A DNA stretch of 64,000 bases from Octopus sinensis (Eukaryota). The stretch spans positions 28,334,001-28,398,000 of the forward strand of contig NC_043013.1 in assembly GCF_006345805.1 (NCBI RefSeq). Direction: 5' to 3'. A model generated the notes under the pieces. That model ran no database searches. It was not told the DNA's origin and saw only the letters and a program-made list of their open reading frames with translations. Of this stretch, positions 1 to 11,190 are shown in pieces (position 1 is the stretch's first letter; the number at the start of each line of letters is the position of its first letter). The position numbers were made by a program, and so were the translations under genes.

Positions 1-305
1 AATGCCTTTGTGAGTAAATTTGGTAGACGGAAACTGTATGGAAGCCCGTTGTATGCGTGCATGTATGCCTGTGTGTGTATGTGTGTGCGTGCGCGCGTGT
101 GTATGTCATTGTGTTTGTATTTCCCCCGCCCCCACGTCCCCGTAACTTAGCCGTTCGAGAAAAGTTCATATTCTACCAAGGTTGACTTTGCCTTTCGTTT
201 CTTTGGGCTCGATACAGTATGTACCAGTTGTGCACTTGGGTCCAAATAATCGACTTAACTCCTCCCTACTAAAATTGCTGGTCTTGTGTCAAAGTCTGGA
301 ACCAA
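1..305 (+). mobile_element. 3' part of SINE family A followed by a degenerate SINE family B tail (truncated by window start)
   Basis: 'gtgagtaaatttggtagacggaaactg...gaagcccg' and 'gttgactttgcctttc...gtaccagtt' match motifs repeated many times in this window. Confidence 0.7.
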
Positions 306-525
306 TATCTCTCTGTGGCCAGATATGTTTCTGCAGAATATGGGAAAGAAGTGATTTTCATTTACAACAATCATAACATTTTAAGAAAATGAGACACACA
401 TACATGCATATACACACACACACACACATGCACATATGCACACGCAAACACACACATACACGCATCTGACAAATCCATTCACAAGACTTTGGTCAGGCCG
501 GGGGTTATAGACAAGGACACTTGAC

Positions 526-1672
526 AGATCTGTTCAATTTCAATCACAGATTTCTTAATTATTTTTTTTTACTAACATAGGTGGAGTGGCTGTGTGGTAA
601 GTAGCTTGCTTAGCAACCACATGGTTCCCAGTTCAGTCCCACTGCGTGGCACCTTGGGCAAGTGTCTTCTACTATAGCCTCAGGCAGACCAAACCCTTGC
701 GAGTGGATTTGGTAGACAGAAACTGAAAGAAGCCTGTCATATATATATTTATACATATATATGTATGTGTGTGTATATGTTTGTGTGTCTGTGTTTGTCC
801 TCCCAACATCGCTTGACATCCGATGCTGGTGTGTTTACATCCCCGTAACTTAGCAGTGTGGCAAATGAGACCGATAGAATAAGTACTAGGCTTACAAAGA
901 ATAAGTCCTGGGGTCGATTTGCTTGACTAAAAGGCAGTGCTCCAGCATGGCCACAGTCAAATGACTGAAACAAGTAAAAGAGTAAACAGTTTGAAACTTC
1001 ATATACTGGTGCAATTTCTCACACTGAACACAATTTACTTTCAACATTTTGGACAAAATTTCATATTTTAGAAGTTATTTTGTGTTAAAGTTGTTGTACT
1101 TGGGTAATTTTAACCAATCAGTGATGTGTATTCAGCTAAAGAAGGTTACTGCTGTTTTCAATAGTACTTGAAGAGGAACAACTTCCGGGTCATCTCTACT
1201 AAATGTCAACACTCTGTTCTATTTTATTTATTGTTTACTGCCTGTGTTGCATATTACATGCTTTTTTTTTATGATTCTCGCATTGAAAAAAGGATAAAGG
1301 TGGCATCATCTTTCTTGTGGCTGAAAGCTTCTCTTTTGTGTTAGCTACGACTAAGGAGCAACACTTTTCCTTCACCCTTTGATTGATATACAAATAGAAC
1401 AGTGTGGTGATATTTAGTAGAGATGATCCGGAAGTTGTTCTTTTTTTATTAATATTGCAAACAGCAGTAGCTTTCTTCAACTGAATACACATCATTAATT
1501 GGTTAAAATTACCCAAATACGACGACTTTAACATGAAATAACTTCTAAAATGTGAAATTTTTTCAAAAATGTTGAAAGTGAATCATGTTCAGCATGAGAA
1601 ATTACACCAGTTTACAAAGTTTTAAACTGTTTAGTTAAAAAAAATATAATTAAAAAATCTGTGAACAGATCT
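526..1672. mobile_element. Non-autonomous foldback/MITE-type DNA transposon with ~280-290 bp terminal inverted repeats (superfamily undetermined, MULE- or hAT-like)
   Basis: Left arm 526-575 + 986-1223 is the reverse complement of right arm 1392-1672. Both ends are AGATCT. Perfect 8-bp TSD cacttgac at 518-525 and 1673-1680. Confidence 0.85.
576..985 (+). mobile_element. Full-length tRNA-derived SINE family A inserted in the left arm of the foldback element
   Basis: tRNA-like head 'ggagtggctgtgtggtaag...ggttcccagttcagtcccactg', internal (TA/TG)n, tail ending 'gaaacaagtaaaagagtaaa'. Near-identical copies at 5955, 19627 and 44856. Confidence 0.9.
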
Positions 1673-1784
1673 CACTTGACCAGAGTATCACACAATGAGA
1701 CCACACCCAAAACTGAATTTCTCAACCACACCATTCTATGCCTGTCTTTAGTGGATTGACAAAATTGTTCAAGTATTGGGAGAA

Positions 1785-2375
1785 ATGTTTTGTTGTGTTT
1801 GTTTTAGTTCACTATGTTCTCAGATCGAATCTTGCTGAAGTTAGCTTTGCTTTCATATTTCCAGGGTTGATAGAATACAGTACTAGTCATGCGCTGGGGT
1901 TGATATAAATGACTGTTCCCTCTGCCAACATTTCTGGCCTTGTGCAAAAATAAGAAATTGTTACAGGTTCAGTGGATTGATAGAAATGATATAACATCAG
2001 TGAAAAGGCATTGATGTATTTAGTTACAACCCTTTGCATTCTTAGTTCAAATCATGCCAAGATCACCTTTGCTTTACATTTTTTTTTGGGGTGGGGTGCA
2101 ATAAAATGAAGTCCTAATCAATATAATTAACTTCCCTTGCTAAGCTTACTGGCCTGACATTGAGCTGGCAAGTCCATTTGTACATTCAATGAAGTGCTTA
2201 ATGGCATTTCTTCTGGTGTTTTATGTTGAGTTTAAATTTCCCTCAAGGTTGACTTTGCATTTAATCCTTTCGGGGTCGATAAAATAAGTCCTAGTTGAGC
2301 ACTGGGTCGATGTAACTGACTTACTCCATCCCCCCACCTAGAATTGAAGGCCTTGTGCCTTTAGTAAAATAAAAG

Positions 2376-2407
<32 letters not shown>

Positions 2408-2620
2408 GGTGGTAAGCTGACAGAATTGTTTGCACAACGGACAAAACGCCAAGTAGCATTCCATCTGTTTTTACTTTCTGAGTTCAAATTCCACTGAGGT
2501 CACCTTTGCCTTTCACTCTTTTGGTATTGATAAAATAAGTACCAGTTGAACACTGTAACTGACTAGACCTCTTCTCCACAATTTCAGGGTTTGTATCTGT
2601 AGTAGAAAGAATTATTATTA
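1785..2620 (+). mobile_element. Cluster of three degenerate SINE family B copies
   Basis: Repeated 'gagttcaaattcc..gaggtcgactttgcctttcatcctttcggggtcgataaaataagtaccag' variants separated by (TAT)n. Confidence 0.75.
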
Positions 2621-3431
2621 TCATCAAAGATGCAAATTAATGGTTGAATAGAAATTGCACAGCATTAATTAGACTAATTGCATGAGCACCTTAAGTTTTT
2701 TGCCCCATTCTTTATGTTCTGGATTTAAAACCTACCAAGATTGATTTCTGCTGCTTTCACTCTGAACTAGCCAATGGTTCTGGTGTCACTTTATTTGACT
2801 GTACTTTTGTGTTTATATGAAAATGTATTATTACTATTGTTGATGATTAGCATCATAATCAAAGCTTAATACTTGTTTATTACTCACTAAGACTTCTGTT
2901 TGCTTGGATAGTTATTTTCTTTTTACTCCTTTTCACCTTGCAGCATTCATATGTTTACTCTGCCAAACATAATGCTTATTTATTCATTTTGTTTTGAATT
3001 AATTGTTCATTATCTTGTAACTTTGAGATATCAAGGATGTGGCCATTAGAAATCAAACATGGATAGTTTTCAATTAAAACAGGTAGAATATTTGGGCCAA
3101 ATATGGTCAGAGTAAATCCGTAATTAGGCCTTCAAAAGTGGGAAACATGACGAAGCAGACTATTTCAATTTTTAGAGTATGAAAGTGTTGCAAATGAAAG
3201 CTGGTGGGTGTGACTCAGTTGGCTTAAAGCTTTATACATGTATAAAAAAACTAAGAAGAGCTATGGGGAAAGAAGTCAGACTCAAATGATTGTCTTAAAC
3301 TTATGTGATCAAGACATATTTGATCAGAAGAAATACAAAGTGTTTGTAGCTTACATCTTAAGTATTAACCTGTATAGTAAATGTATGGTATAATATTGAG
3401 TGTGAGCCAATGAAAATGTCTCTGCTCCATC

Positions 3432-3745
3432 TACTAGATATGCATGGTGAGGGTATTTGGCTCACAATCATGCAGTCATGAGTTCAATCTTAGGTGGTGC
3501 ATTGTGTCCTTGAGCAAGTCACTTTATTTCACATTGCTCCAGTCAATTCAGCTGGTGAAAATAAATTGCAGTTGTAAATCAAAGGGCCAGTCTTGTGTCA
3601 TTCTGTGTCATGCTGAATCTCCCTGAGAACTACGTAAGGGTACACATGTCTGAATCTCCCTGGGAACTATGTAAGTGTATGCATGTCATGAGCAGGTTGT
3701 TCTGTCAATCAGATCAACTGAAACACTCGTCATCATAACCAATGG
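3432..3745 (+). mobile_element. SINE family C (tRNA-like head, 'ttgagcaagtcactttatttcacattgctccagtc' core)
   Basis: The tail 'gctgaatctccctgagaactac' also occurs at 8990; the core also occurs at 33277-33530 (-) and 60860-61140 (+). Confidence 0.7.
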
Positions 3746-4139
3746 ATATACATAGCAGCCAAATCTCCCTCAAATCATATTTTCTATCTTGGAAACATCA
3801 GGTAATCTAGCTGTAGATACATTATACTTGAGGCAAGTATGGGATTTCGTGACAAAAACATCTTTGATCATGGGTCTGCTGTCTCACAGGTAACCCAGGG
3901 CTGAACACCAGCAAGACCTACAGTAACAACACCAACAACAAGCAGAAATACATAGCAGAGAGCTCAGCAACTTTTTATTTTTTTATTTTGCTACAGTTCC
4001 TTTTGAGTCTCACCTGAAGGGCCAACTTCTTTAATGCTTAAGTTCTGATAATGACAAGGTGGACATGGACAATCTTGAGTATTTGCCATGTTGAGTTAGA
4101 TACGTATCATGATTAGGTGTTGATTGATTATTAGAAGGG

Positions 4140-4460
4140 TGGTGCTGGTGTCACATAAAAAGCACTGATGATGGTGCCTTGTAAAAAGCACTGGTGGTGG
4201 TTCCACATAAAGAGTACTGGTGATGGTGCCACATAAAAAACACTGGTGATGGTGCCATGTAAAAAGCACTGGTGGTGGTGTCACATAAAAAGTACTCAAT
4301 ACACTCTGTAAAGTGGTTGGTATTAGGAAGAGCATCCAGTTGTTGAAACCATGCCAGAGGAGGCATTGGAGCCTGGTGTGACCTCCAGTCTTGCCAGTTC
4401 CTGTCAAACTGTCCAACTCATGCCAGCATAGGAAAACGGACGTTAAATAACTATGATGAT
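4140..4460 (+). mobile_element. 3' end of (GAT)n-tailed RTE-like element with a 26-bp tandem array
   Basis: About six copies of 'ggtgccacataaaaagcactggtgat', then 'gtggttggtattaggaagagcatccag...catgccagcataggaaaacggacgttaaa'. Confidence 0.7.
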
Positions 4461-5726
4461 AGTGAAAGTGGCATCTAGCATCACTAACACTCAGATTCTA
4501 CGTTATGGATCTTCACAAGTGGGGCCTGTTTTTCACTGTTTTTCTTGAATCTGCTGACTTATGAACTGATCAATGAACAGGAAATGTTGTGGGAAGATGC
4601 ATTACAGAAGAAAAAAAGGTGTCTCCAAGGATTGCTCTCCGATATATAAAGCTGTGCTGGACAGGTTATGAGATACCAGAGTCGCTTTGATTTATGAGGG
4701 ATGGACCATTATGATGATGACAGTGATGGTGGCAACAGTGGTGGTGGTAGTAGGTGTGGTAGTAGCAGTGGCATGGTGGTGGTGGTGGTGGTGGCAGCGG
4801 TGGTGGTGGTGGTGGTGGTGAGAGGAGTCATAACACAGATTCGATACCAGATATAAGAACCAGGAGTAAATTATTTTGTTTTCTTTTTGTTTTTCAAATG
4901 GGTAAGATAATGAAACTGACTGTTCTTTTAGAATAGGAAAATATTGCAAATGAAAGATGTTGGTTGTCAAGTCACACGTAACAATATGAATGTGGGTATG
5001 TTGGTAATATCTGTCACTTGTAATATTTTTTCATAGTCTGTCAGCAGGAAAAAAAAAACAGAAAGACAAACCCAACTCTCCCCCCACCCCCAGCTGCCGG
5101 AGTGGTGGTGGTGGTGGTGGGAATGCGTGCTTTTTTTTTTTTGAGTCAAAACTGTTTTTGCTGCTGCTGCTGTTGTTGTTGTTATTGTTGTCAGCTGTGA
5201 TTGAGCAGACCTATGATCAAAGGTGTTTTAACCATGCCAATCAAATAATTTTATTTGGGAGCAGCAGGCATGGTTGTGTGGTTAAGAAGCTTGCTTTTCA
5301 ACCACATGGTTTCGGGTTCAGTCTCACTGTGCGGCACCTTGAGCGAGCGTTTTCTTTTATAATCCCAGGCTGATCAATGTCTTGTGAATGAATTTAGTAG
5401 ACAGAAACTGTGTGGAAGCCTGTCATATATAGTGAAGGCACATGGCTCAGTGGCTAAGGTGTTGCACTCACAATTGCAAGATCGTGGGTTCGATTCCCAG
5501 ACCAGGCATTGCGTTGTGTTCTTGAGCAAAGGACTTCATTTCACGTTGCTCTGTGATCATTTTGACATCTGACATGTGGCACCTGTTGCACCTATACAGG
5601 TAATGTTGATCTGATGGAGGAAGTGAGCTTATGTCTACACAAACATTTGATCACTATAAACAAATCATCTGTGAGGTTGTTCAGTAAGAAATTGTTGAAC
5701 CTTCATACATCGTCTAACGACAGGAG

Positions 5727-5980
5727 AGTCTGTTATATATATGTGTGTGTGTGTGTATTTGTGTTTGTCCTCTCCTCCATTTGACAACTGGTGTTGGTTT
5801 GTTTACATTCCTTTAACTAATCTTTAACTAGGCACAGGAGTGGCTGTGCGGTAAGTCTGTTATATATATGTGTGTGTGTGTATTTGTGTTTGTCCTCTCC
5901 TCCATTTGACAACTGGTGTTGGTTTGTTTACATTCCTTTAACTAATCTTTAACTAGGCACAGGAGTGGCTGTGCGGTAAG
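5727..5980 (+). repeat. Direct tandem duplication, 127 + 125 bp
   Basis: 'agtctgttatatatatg...ggcacaggagtggctgtgcggta' occurs twice in tandem; the copies differ by one GT unit. Confidence 0.9.
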
Positions 5981-6358
5981 TAGCTTGCTTACCAACCACA
6001 TGGTTCCCGGTTCAGTCCCACTGTGTGGCACCTTGGGCAAGTGTCTACTACTATAGCCTCTGACCGACCAAAGCCTTGTGAGTGGATTTGGTAGACAGAA
6101 ACTGAAAGAAGCCCATCATATATATACATATATGTATGTGTGTGTTTGTGTGTCTGTGTTTGTCCCCCCCAACATCACTTGACAACCGATGCTGGTGTGT
6201 TTATGCCGCCATCACTTAGCGGTTTGGCAAGAGAGACTGATAGAATAAGTACTAGGCTTGCAAAGAATAAGTCCCGGGGTTGATTTGCTCGACTAAAAGA
6301 CGGTGCTCCAGCATGGCCTCAGTCAAATGATTGAAACAAATAAAAGAATGAAAGAATA
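5955..6358 (+). mobile_element. Full-length SINE family A
   Basis: Colinear with the 576-985 copy along its whole length. Confidence 0.9.
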
Positions 6359-6364
6359 ATCTGA

Positions 6365-6995
6365 TCAGCAAAAAAAGATCATTAGGATAAGTATTAGACT
6401 TAGGAAATAAGTACTGGGGTTGATTTGTTTGATGAGCCTGTCAAGGCAGTGCCCCAGCATGGCCACAGTCCTATGACTGAAACAAGGCAAAAGACAAAGA
6501 TTTGTATGGAAGTTTATGAATAGCATAAACTGAATATATATGCCACTGGGTTTCAAATGTTGGCACAAGGCACCTGAAATTTGGGGGTGAGTGGACAGTT
6601 GATTATATTGACCTAAGTACTCAGCTCGCACTTATTTTATTGACCCCGAAAGGGTGAAAGGCAAAATCGACCTTGGTGGAATTTGAACTCAGAATGTAAA
6701 GACATGAAATGCTGCTTAGTATTTTGTTCAGTATGCTAAAGATTCTGCCAGCGCACAGCCTTAATAGTATTAGCTTCAAATTTTGGCACAAGGCCAGCAA
6801 TTTCTTGGGAGGCGGGGCCCAAGTTGATTACATCTACCCCAGTGTTCGACTGGTGTTTATTTTATTGAACCCGAAAGGGTGAAAGGCTAAATCAACCTCA
6901 GCGGAATTTGAATATCAGAACTTAACAATGGATGAAAAGCTGCTAAGCATTTTGGCTGGTGTGCTAGCAATTCTGCCAGCTTGTTGCCTTAGCCT
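6365..6995 (-). mobile_element. SINE A tail plus two SINE family B copies, reverse orientation
   Basis: 'ttgaccccgaaagggtgaaaggcaaaatcgaccttggtggaatttgaactcagaatg' occurs twice. Confidence 0.75.
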
Positions 6996-7977
6996 CTGGA
7001 TAATAGTAATATATTTAATTGTATACGAGAAATTTAATACACAACAACAGAGAACAAAATATTGGGATGAGGGTAGCATTATACTTAATCTAAAGAATGA
7101 GGAAATATATAACTTGTTTTTTTTCAGTTTTCTTTTTCTATTTTCCTTTTTTTAGTATTAAAAAAAAAAGGAGCTTGCATTATATTTGAAGATGCATTGT
7201 ACTTGGTATATTCTTGATACATTCTTTAGAAGAAAATGTCTTGTCAGTGGCACATTGGGAGAAGAATTTCTGGAAACTAGTTTGTATTATTTTAGCCAAA
7301 AATACAGAAAAAAAACCAGTTTAGCTTGGCATGTTTCCAAATGATAACAATGGCAGCTTTTACTTATGGAATATTAGTTCTTGTTTATGTAATTTACATT
7401 TATTTTTTTAAAACTGTTAACCTCATCTTACATGTTCTTGTATTAAGAACTGTCTTTTAATCAATCCATTTTCCAATTGTATTCAGCTAGTCTGTTCTCT
7501 TTTTTTTTTTTATGCATAACTTCATGGTTAAGGAGTTCATTTCGTAAGTGAGAAGTCTTCAGTTTGATTCCACTGTGTGGTATCTGAGGCAAGCATCATT
7601 TTCTATAGCCCTTTAGCATCAAGTTTACTCATACCTTGTGAGTAAACTGGGTAGACAGAGGAGGAGAGGACTCCCTTGGGTCATGACTGACCATGAGATT
7701 GCACCTAGAAAGTTTCCCTCCTAGGCACAAGCCTGGGCAAGGTTGTTTATGGGAGACGAGCAGTCACCCTTGCATACCACTGATGTTATCCAAAAACACA
7801 TTTTGTCTGAAGCTCTAACAACTCTGCTAACTAGCTACCTCCCCATGATGATGATTATAATGGTTATGATGATGATCATTATCATCTTTTTAAGGTCCAT
7901 TTTAAGAAGGGACACATTACATAATGCACTCCAAAGTAAATTCTTTCATTTATTCGTTATTTAATGCAATGTTATTA

Positions 7978-8413
7978 CCAGTTTGAATATGCCAGTGGCA
8001 CATTCAAGCTCAAGCCATTTGCTGTGTTTTGTAATGGAGAAAATTTCTCACTGCAGACAGAAGGTGTAAATATACCTAAATCAGCTCACAGCACCACCTA
8101 TCCAGACTGAGAAATGCACCGTTTAGTGCTCCCACCCTGTGATTTATTTATGGCCACCCAACATGCATGATGACTGGCATAACATAAGAAAGATTGTCTC
8201 ACTTATCAGTTCACAACACCACTGTCCAGTTTCTGTGACTGAAGAGGAGATAACTGCTCTGAAATGCTTGCGTCTCAGTCTGGATAGGTGGCGCTGCAAG
8301 CTGATTTAGGTGTGTTTACACTGTTTGTCTACAGTGAGAAATTTTCTTCATGACAAAACACAGTGAATGGCTTATTTAGAAAATTGGACCTGCCATTGGT
8401 ATATCCGAACTGC
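7978..8413. mobile_element. 436-bp inverted-repeat element (arms ~135-140 bp, TA flanks); MITE-like or Penelope-derived
   Basis: 7979-8112 is the imperfect reverse complement of 8273-8412. Termini are cagtt...aactg, with TA at 7976-7977 and 8414-8415. Confidence 0.85.
8222..8287 (+). ncRNA. Type-I hammerhead ribozyme motif
   Basis: CTGAAGA 8239-8245; stem II ggag/ctct; GAAA 8261-8264; stem III tgc-tt-gcg; TC cleavage at 8273-8274. Stem I is 3 bp (tga/tca), an internal loop, then 8 bp (ctgtccag 8222-8229 / ctggatag 8280-8287). Confidence 0.75.
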
Positions 8414-8469
8414 TAATGACATTGCATCTATACACATCACTGCTTAGCACTTCCATCCTGTCATTATTT

Positions 8470-8782
8470 TTTTGTTGTTGTTGTTTGTTCCTTCTCGAGC
8501 CATACCTGGCTCATAAGGGCCGGTTTCCTGGTTTCTTGGCATATAGGTTCCCCACCAGGATGGGACGCCGGTCCATCGCAGGTGAGCTGCAAGATGCAGG
8601 AGGAAAGAGTGAGAGAAAGTTATAGTGAAAGAGTCAGCAGAAGTTCGCCATTACCTTCTGCTGGAGCCACGTGGAGCTTAGGTGTTTCGCTCAGAAACAC
8701 ACACATCATCCAGTCTGAGATTCGAACCTGCGATCCCTCGACCGTGAGTCCGCTGCTCTAACCACTAGGCCATGTACCTTCA
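8470..8782 (-). mobile_element. tRNA-derived SINE family D with 13-bp TSD
   Basis: Minus strand has A-box tggcctagtgg and B-box ggttcgaatct. TSD cctgtcattattt at 8457-8469 and 8783-8795. Confidence 0.85.
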
Positions 8783-8804
8783 CCTGTCATTATTTAATGT
8801 CCAC

Positions 8805-9125
8805 AAGGTGGCGAGCTGGCAGAAACGTTAGCACACCAGGCGAAATGCTTAGAGGTATTTTGTCTGTCATTACATTCTGAGTTCAAATTCCACCGAGGTC
8901 GACTTTGCCTTTCATCCTTTCAGGGTTGATAGATTAAGTACCAGTTGCGTATTTCAAAGGCCCAGCCTTGTCACACTCTGTGTCATGCTGAATCTCCCTG
9001 AGAACTATACGTTAAGGGTACACGTGTCTGTGGAGTGCTCAGCCACTTGCACGTTAATTTCACGAGCAGGCTGTTCCGTTGATTGGATCAACTGGGACCC
9101 TCATCGTCACAACCGACGGAGTGTC
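8805..9125 (+). mobile_element. SINE B head joined to a SINE C tail
   Basis: 'ggtggcgagctggcagaaacgttagcac...taccagttgcg' followed directly by 'tatttcaaaggcccagccttgtcacactc'. Confidence 0.7.
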
Positions 9126-9483
9126 ATGATATGTATCCCTAATGATATTACCCTCACAAAAGACATGAAGATCACCACACAATCCCATCTTCTCATTTAC
9201 TGTCCCTAACCCCTTCCTATAATATGCAAAGCCATTTATAAGAAAATCGATGAATTCTCATTTCTTTGCTAATTTTTTATTTGTTTAACAACTGATTTCG
9301 TTTCAATGATTAGTATTAATGGATTCGATTATTAGCTGTTAGAATATTAAACCATTTCTTAGCTTTACTGATCAGATCATGGCTGTAGAGCCTTTCATGT
9401 TAACTCTCAAAGGAATCGCACACTTTCAAATAACCCACACAACACTCACACCGGCAACACCAATGCACTTTACTTCTTCTTTT

Positions 9484-9550
9484 CCTTGTTGTTGTGTTGT
9501 TGTTGTGTGTGGTTGTTGTTGTTGTTGTTGTGTTGTTGTTGTTGTTGTTG

Positions 9551-9582
<32 letters not shown>

Positions 9583-10015
9583 GTTGTGTTGTTGTTGTTG
9601 TTGTTGTTGTTGTTGTCTTCTTCTTCTTCTTCTTCTCTTCTTCTTCTTCTTCTTCTTCTTCTTCTCTTCTTTTCTTTTCCTCTCTCCTCATCGTCCTCCC
9701 CTCCCCTTCTTCGTCCCCCCATCCCTCCTTTTCTTTTCTTCTCTTTTCTCCTCCTCCTCCTTCCTCCTCCTTCTTCGTCCCCATCCCTCCTTTCTTCTTT
9801 TTCTTCTTCGTCCTCTTGTTTCTTCTTCTTCTTTTTCTTCTTCTTCTTGTTCTTGTTGTTCTTCTTCTTCTTTATCCCCCCATCCCTCCTTTTCTTCCTT
9901 TTCTTCTTCGTCCTCTTGTTTCTTCTTCATCCTCTTGTTTCTTCTTCTTCCTCCTCCTCCTCTTGTTTCTTCTTCTTCGTCTTCTTCTTCTTCTTGTCTT
10001 CTTCTTCTTCTTCTT

Positions 10016-10046
<31 letters not shown>

Positions 10047-10082
10047 ACCACCACCACAGCTACTACTTGTTTCTTCTTCTTC
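9484..10082. repeat. Compound trinucleotide microsatellite (TTG)n-(TTC)n-(CCA)n
   Basis: Direct reading. It is the source of the homopolymeric ORFs at 9379-10182. Confidence 0.95.
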
Positions 10083-10202
10083 TAATAAAAGGTTTCCATT
10101 GATTAACAAGGCTAATCTTCATTGGTTACTCTCATCTCCACAGCAATTTGGAGGAGATGTACTTGCTATATATGTATTGTAATTCAATGATTTTACATAT
10201 AC

Positions 10203-10246
<44 letters not shown>

Positions 10247-10509
10247 TTTATGTAAATCTATTGTTCTAAGGTGATACCTCTCTCTCTACAGCATGTCAAT
10301 ACTTTTACTCCAGCTTTGCCATACACACATACACATAATTAAAAAGAGAATTCTGCTTGCTTTTCTCTCCATACAACAAAACCACAATAAATAGTACTTT
10401 TGCTTATCAGGATAATAACATTGCTGATTAGACTTGAGACAGAATAGCAAGAGTAGAATGGATGAGGTTTGGGATTATCTGCTCTCTTTTCACATTACTA
10501 TTCTCATTG

Positions 10510-10971
10510 TTTCTGTGAATCTTTCTCACTCTCTCTCTCCTCTCTCTTCTCTCTCTCTCTCTCTGTTTCTCTGTATGTCTCTGTCTGTCTGTGTATCTTT
10601 TTGTCTGTCTGTCTTTCTGTATGTCTCTCTGTGTGTCTCTGTCTGTCTGTCCCCCTCTCTCTCTTTCTTTCTCTCTCTCTCTCTTTTTCTCTCTCTCTCT
10701 TTTTCTCTCTCTCTTTTTTCTCTCTCTATCTGTATGTTTCTCTGTATGTCTCTGTCTGTCTTTCCCTCTCTCTCTGTATGTCTATGTCTGTTACTGTCTG
10801 TCTGTCTCTCTGTCTCTCTGTATGTCTCTGTCCGTCTCTGTCCCTCTCTCTCTTTCTCTTTCTTTCTCTCTCTCTCTTTCTTTCTTCTCTCTCTCTTTCT
10901 TTCTCTCTCTCCTCTCTCTTCCTCTCTTCTTTTCTTTCTCTCTACTCTCTTTCTTTCTCTCTCTCTTTCTT

Positions 10972-11004
<33 letters not shown>

Positions 11005-11190
11005 ATCTGTATGTCTCTGTCACCGTCTGTCTCTGTCTGTCTGTCCGTCTGTACGTCACTCTGTATATCTCTGCCTATCTGTCTGTTCCTCTCTCTTTCT
11101 CTCTGTATGTCGCTGTCTGTTTATCTGTCTGCTGTCTGTCTGTCTCTCTGTCCGTCCCCCCTCTCTCTTTCCCACCTCCCTTTCTCTCCA
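10510..11190. repeat. (CT)n/(GTCT)n pyrimidine-rich microsatellite field
   Basis: Direct reading. Confidence 0.95.

Noticed and set aside
983-1633. TA-flanked MITE starting at 985
   Set aside because: The inverted repeat continues beyond the SINE to 526/1672 with an 8-bp TSD, so the TA is internal to the arm
8700-8782. tRNA genes suggested by A/B boxes (also the heads of SINE A, B and C)
   Set aside because: No complete cloverleaf; each head continues into a SINE body with a tail and TSD
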